From Pseudovirgaria hyperparasitica (taxonomy: Eukaryota), in the NCBI GenBank assembly GCA_010093815.1, contig ML996571.1: 64,000 nt of DNA. One strand, written 5' to 3'. The notes beneath the pieces were generated by a model, which had not been told where the DNA came from, searched no databases, and worked only from the letters and a program-made list of their open reading frames with translations. This document shows, piece by piece, positions 61,929 to 64,000 of the stretch; position 1 is the first letter of the stretch, and each line of letters begins with the position of its first letter. The translations under genes were made by a program, and so were the position numbers.

Positions 61929-62897
61929 ATGTCCACACCACTCCCCAAACGCCGACGTCTCAACGGACCAAGTGCACTACACAAGCCATTCAAGTCACCT
62001 TTCCGTACAGCACTCGCGACGTGTTCAAATCCACCAGACACGCCTCCTTCCAGCGACAACATCGAACCCAAAAGCGACCAGCCCGACGAACCCTCCACAA
62101 CAACCTCAGAACCACGCGCTCAGCCAACAGTCTCCACACCATTCCGCAACCCATACCAACCCTCCACACCATCCACCACAAAGTCACGCCCGCATCCTCC
62201 CCCATTCCGAACTCCCCAGTCAATCGCCCGTCCGAACGCGCCACAGCAAAGTCTTCGCCCTCAACCACAAACATCCCACGTCTCAACACCCACGTCAACC
62301 TCTCTCTCCCTACGCACCTCCCATCTCCGCACCCAGATCCACACTCTCAACCAAGCAATCCAACTGCTCTCCAACCCCGACTCGGACACCCACCTCCTCG
62401 ACCTGACCTCGAAATGGCGCAGCGCATCCCGCCTCGCGGCCGAAGAGCTCTTCGCCTCCTCCCGCGAGCGCGTGCAGCGCATGGGTGGCGTAAGCGCCTG
62501 GAAGGACAAAGAGCGCGAGGGACGCACACGCATGCTCACCTGGGAGGAAGAACGACTCGACGAAGAGAACGGGCTGGAATCTTCGGATTCCGAGGCATCT
62601 GATGACGAGGACGGAGCGAACGACGACGACGGCGACGACGAGGGTGAGAATAAGAGATTGAGTCCAGAGGAGAGAGATATGCGCCGGGAGGCTAGACGTG
62701 AAGCTCGCACCATCGCACGCGAGCGACTGAGTGCGATGAAAGCTCAGATCCGCGAGCGACGACGGGCGGAGGACTACGCAGCGAGTATGGAGGTGAACAG
62801 CGATGAGAGCTTCACCCTGGACATGATGCTGAGGGCATTGAATGTGGATCTGGATGTGATCGGATACTCGAAGGCAGTGCAGGGGTGGGTAGGGTAG
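61929..62897 (+). CDS. Sfr1/Mei5-like (Swi5-dependent) recombination repair protein
   Basis: N-terminal LHKPFKSPFR, Pro/Ser/Thr linker, LTSKWRSASRLAAEELF and C-terminal FTLDMMLRALNVDLDVIGY. Confidence 0.82.
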   Translation: MSTPLPKRRRLNGPSALHKPFKSPFRTALATCSNPPDTPPSSDNIEPKSDQPDEPSTTTSEPRAQPTVSTPFRNPYQPSTPSTTKSRPHPPPFRTPQSIARPNAPQQSLRPQPQTSHVSTPTSTSLSLRTSHLRTQIHTLNQAIQLLSNPDSDTHLLDLTSKWRSASRLAAEELFASSRERVQRMGGVSAWKDKEREGRTRMLTWEEERLDEENGLESSDSEASDDEDGANDDDGDDEGENKRLSPEERDMRREARREARTIARERLSAMKAQIRERRRAEDYAASMEVNSDESFTLDMMLRALNVDLDVIGYSKAVQGWVG

Positions 62898-63502
62898 GGT
62901 AGGAGTGAAGACTCCACACGAACATTCAACGGAATCACCCTACAGGAAAACGTGCCATGTAGTACACATGGTTTATTGACGATATGACTTATGCGATATA
63001 TGATATGTCTGATGGGTATGGGATGTACGGCGTTATGGAAAGGACGGCGTAGTATTTGCTATAGATGACGGAGAAGGCAGTATTTGTGAGGTAGGATGAA
63101 TTGCGAGGTAGTTGATTGGAGAGTCAGAATTACACATGTATGATACCCTACATCTTAGTCCTTCTAAGCATGATATTCCCCAGAACAAGTCCTTCGCAAT
63201 GGACAGAATTTTGCCCGCATGGCGCTACAAACAGCGAAAAAATCAAACCCCTGATTTCAAAGTTACGCGCCATACATCTCATTCACGACTTCCCATGGAT
63301 GGGATTCTAGTTGTTTCCCTTTCTAGCTATGTGTTGGTGTTGATATCTTCTCATCTCCTGGAAACGTGCATCACATCACGTTACGCGAACTGCCATTGCA
63401 AACTCCTGATAGTAATGCAACTCGTAGCCCTAAATAAAAGTTCTCTATTTTCCCAGGATATCTCAAAAGTAGATTCTACCGCTCTAACAAGCACCTTTGT
63501 AG

Positions 63503-63522
63503 GTGTGTGTGTGTGTGTGTGT
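63503..63522 (+). repeat. (GT)10 microsatellite
   Basis: Ten GT units, probably in the 3' UTR of the last gene. Confidence 0.9.
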
Positions 63523-63717
63523 CTCATATATCCCCATCTCATCTGTACTGCTGCTATACACGCACGTACCAAAAATGCCGCTAGAACTCAAATCCTAAAC
63601 ACATATACCCTTTTCCGCGCGTGGAAAAAACAGATGCTGAAACTCCAAAAAGAAAAGGAAAATCGCTGTCCAGATATGCTGCAAGGTAAAATCGTGATTG
63701 AGAGGTTTGGGGAACGT

Positions 63718-64000
63718 TCACCCTCTCGCTTCCACCTCCTGAGGCTGGTGTGCTTGCTGTTGTGAGCCGCCATGGTCCTTTATGACTTCGCTCAGCAACG
63801 CCCCTTTACCGACGCCGTCTGAGTCGGAGCTGACTTCCTTGAGCACCTCCTCGCTGTCGTCTGTTGTCCTCAGCGCCACCCAGCCCTTTACGCCCCCCTT
63901 CGTGTCCAAGATCTTCCAATCGCCCCTTTGATCATCGTTGACTACGACTTGTGCGTCGTTATTGTGCTCTTCTTCTTCGCGATCAATCACGCTCGTCGGC
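63718..64000 (-). CDS. Probable 3' end of a gene that starts beyond the window
   Basis: Open acidic frame from the window edge to TGA at 63718 with coding-like composition. No recognisable domain. Confidence 0.45.
   Translation of the reverse strand, partial: PTSVIDREEEEHNNDAQVVVNDDQRGDWKILDTKGGVKGWVALRTTDDSEEVLKEVSSDSDGVGKGALLSEVIKDHGGSQQQAHQPQEVEARG

Noticed and set aside
61757..62713. Alternate-frame ORFs of 281, 144 and 150 aa
   Set aside because: C/A-rich, stop-poor shadows of the Sfr1/Mei5 gene.
63112..63765. 217-aa plus-strand ORF
   Set aside because: TTG start, reads through a GT microsatellite and A-runs, and is antisense to a probable 3' UTR.
1..64000. CRISPR array, rRNA, intact transposase or reverse transcriptase, Starship captain recombinase
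   Set aside because: No spaced repeats or diagnostic protein motifs were seen.

Overview
This is eukaryotic DNA from a filamentous ascomycete (Pezizomycotina), with short ~47-57 nt GT-AG introns and about 20 genes. No CRISPR array, rRNA, tRNA or intact transposon was recognised. Conserved genes: SYG1-like SPX/EXS protein, gamma-glutamyltranspeptidase, mitochondrial release factor, DUF3431-like protein, two-RRM protein, esdC-like gene, MFS transporter, SREBP-type bHLH factor, Rab4-like GTPase and Sfr1/Mei5. The main feature is an accessory block at ~11.9-24.1 kb that begins with a RIP-like AT-rich tract. It holds a minimal three-gene secondary-metabolite cluster: a TOXE-like basic-region/ankyrin regulator (visible only after splicing), a trans-acting Fma-AT/Bref-TH/DcsB-type hydrolase, and a divergently transcribed highly reducing PKS (KS-AT-DH-pseudoMT-ER-KR-ACP). 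The shared promoter carries clustered tox-box-like CTCACG motifs. Other items: an AA5_2 copper radical oxidase with Phe at the W290 position; a possible second cluster (bacterial-type hydrolase, divergent flavoenzyme pair, MFS); a secreted Cys-rich effector candidate; a 54-aa Cys/His microprotein; and several decayed gene relics. All family assignments come from motif recognition by eye; no database searches were run.
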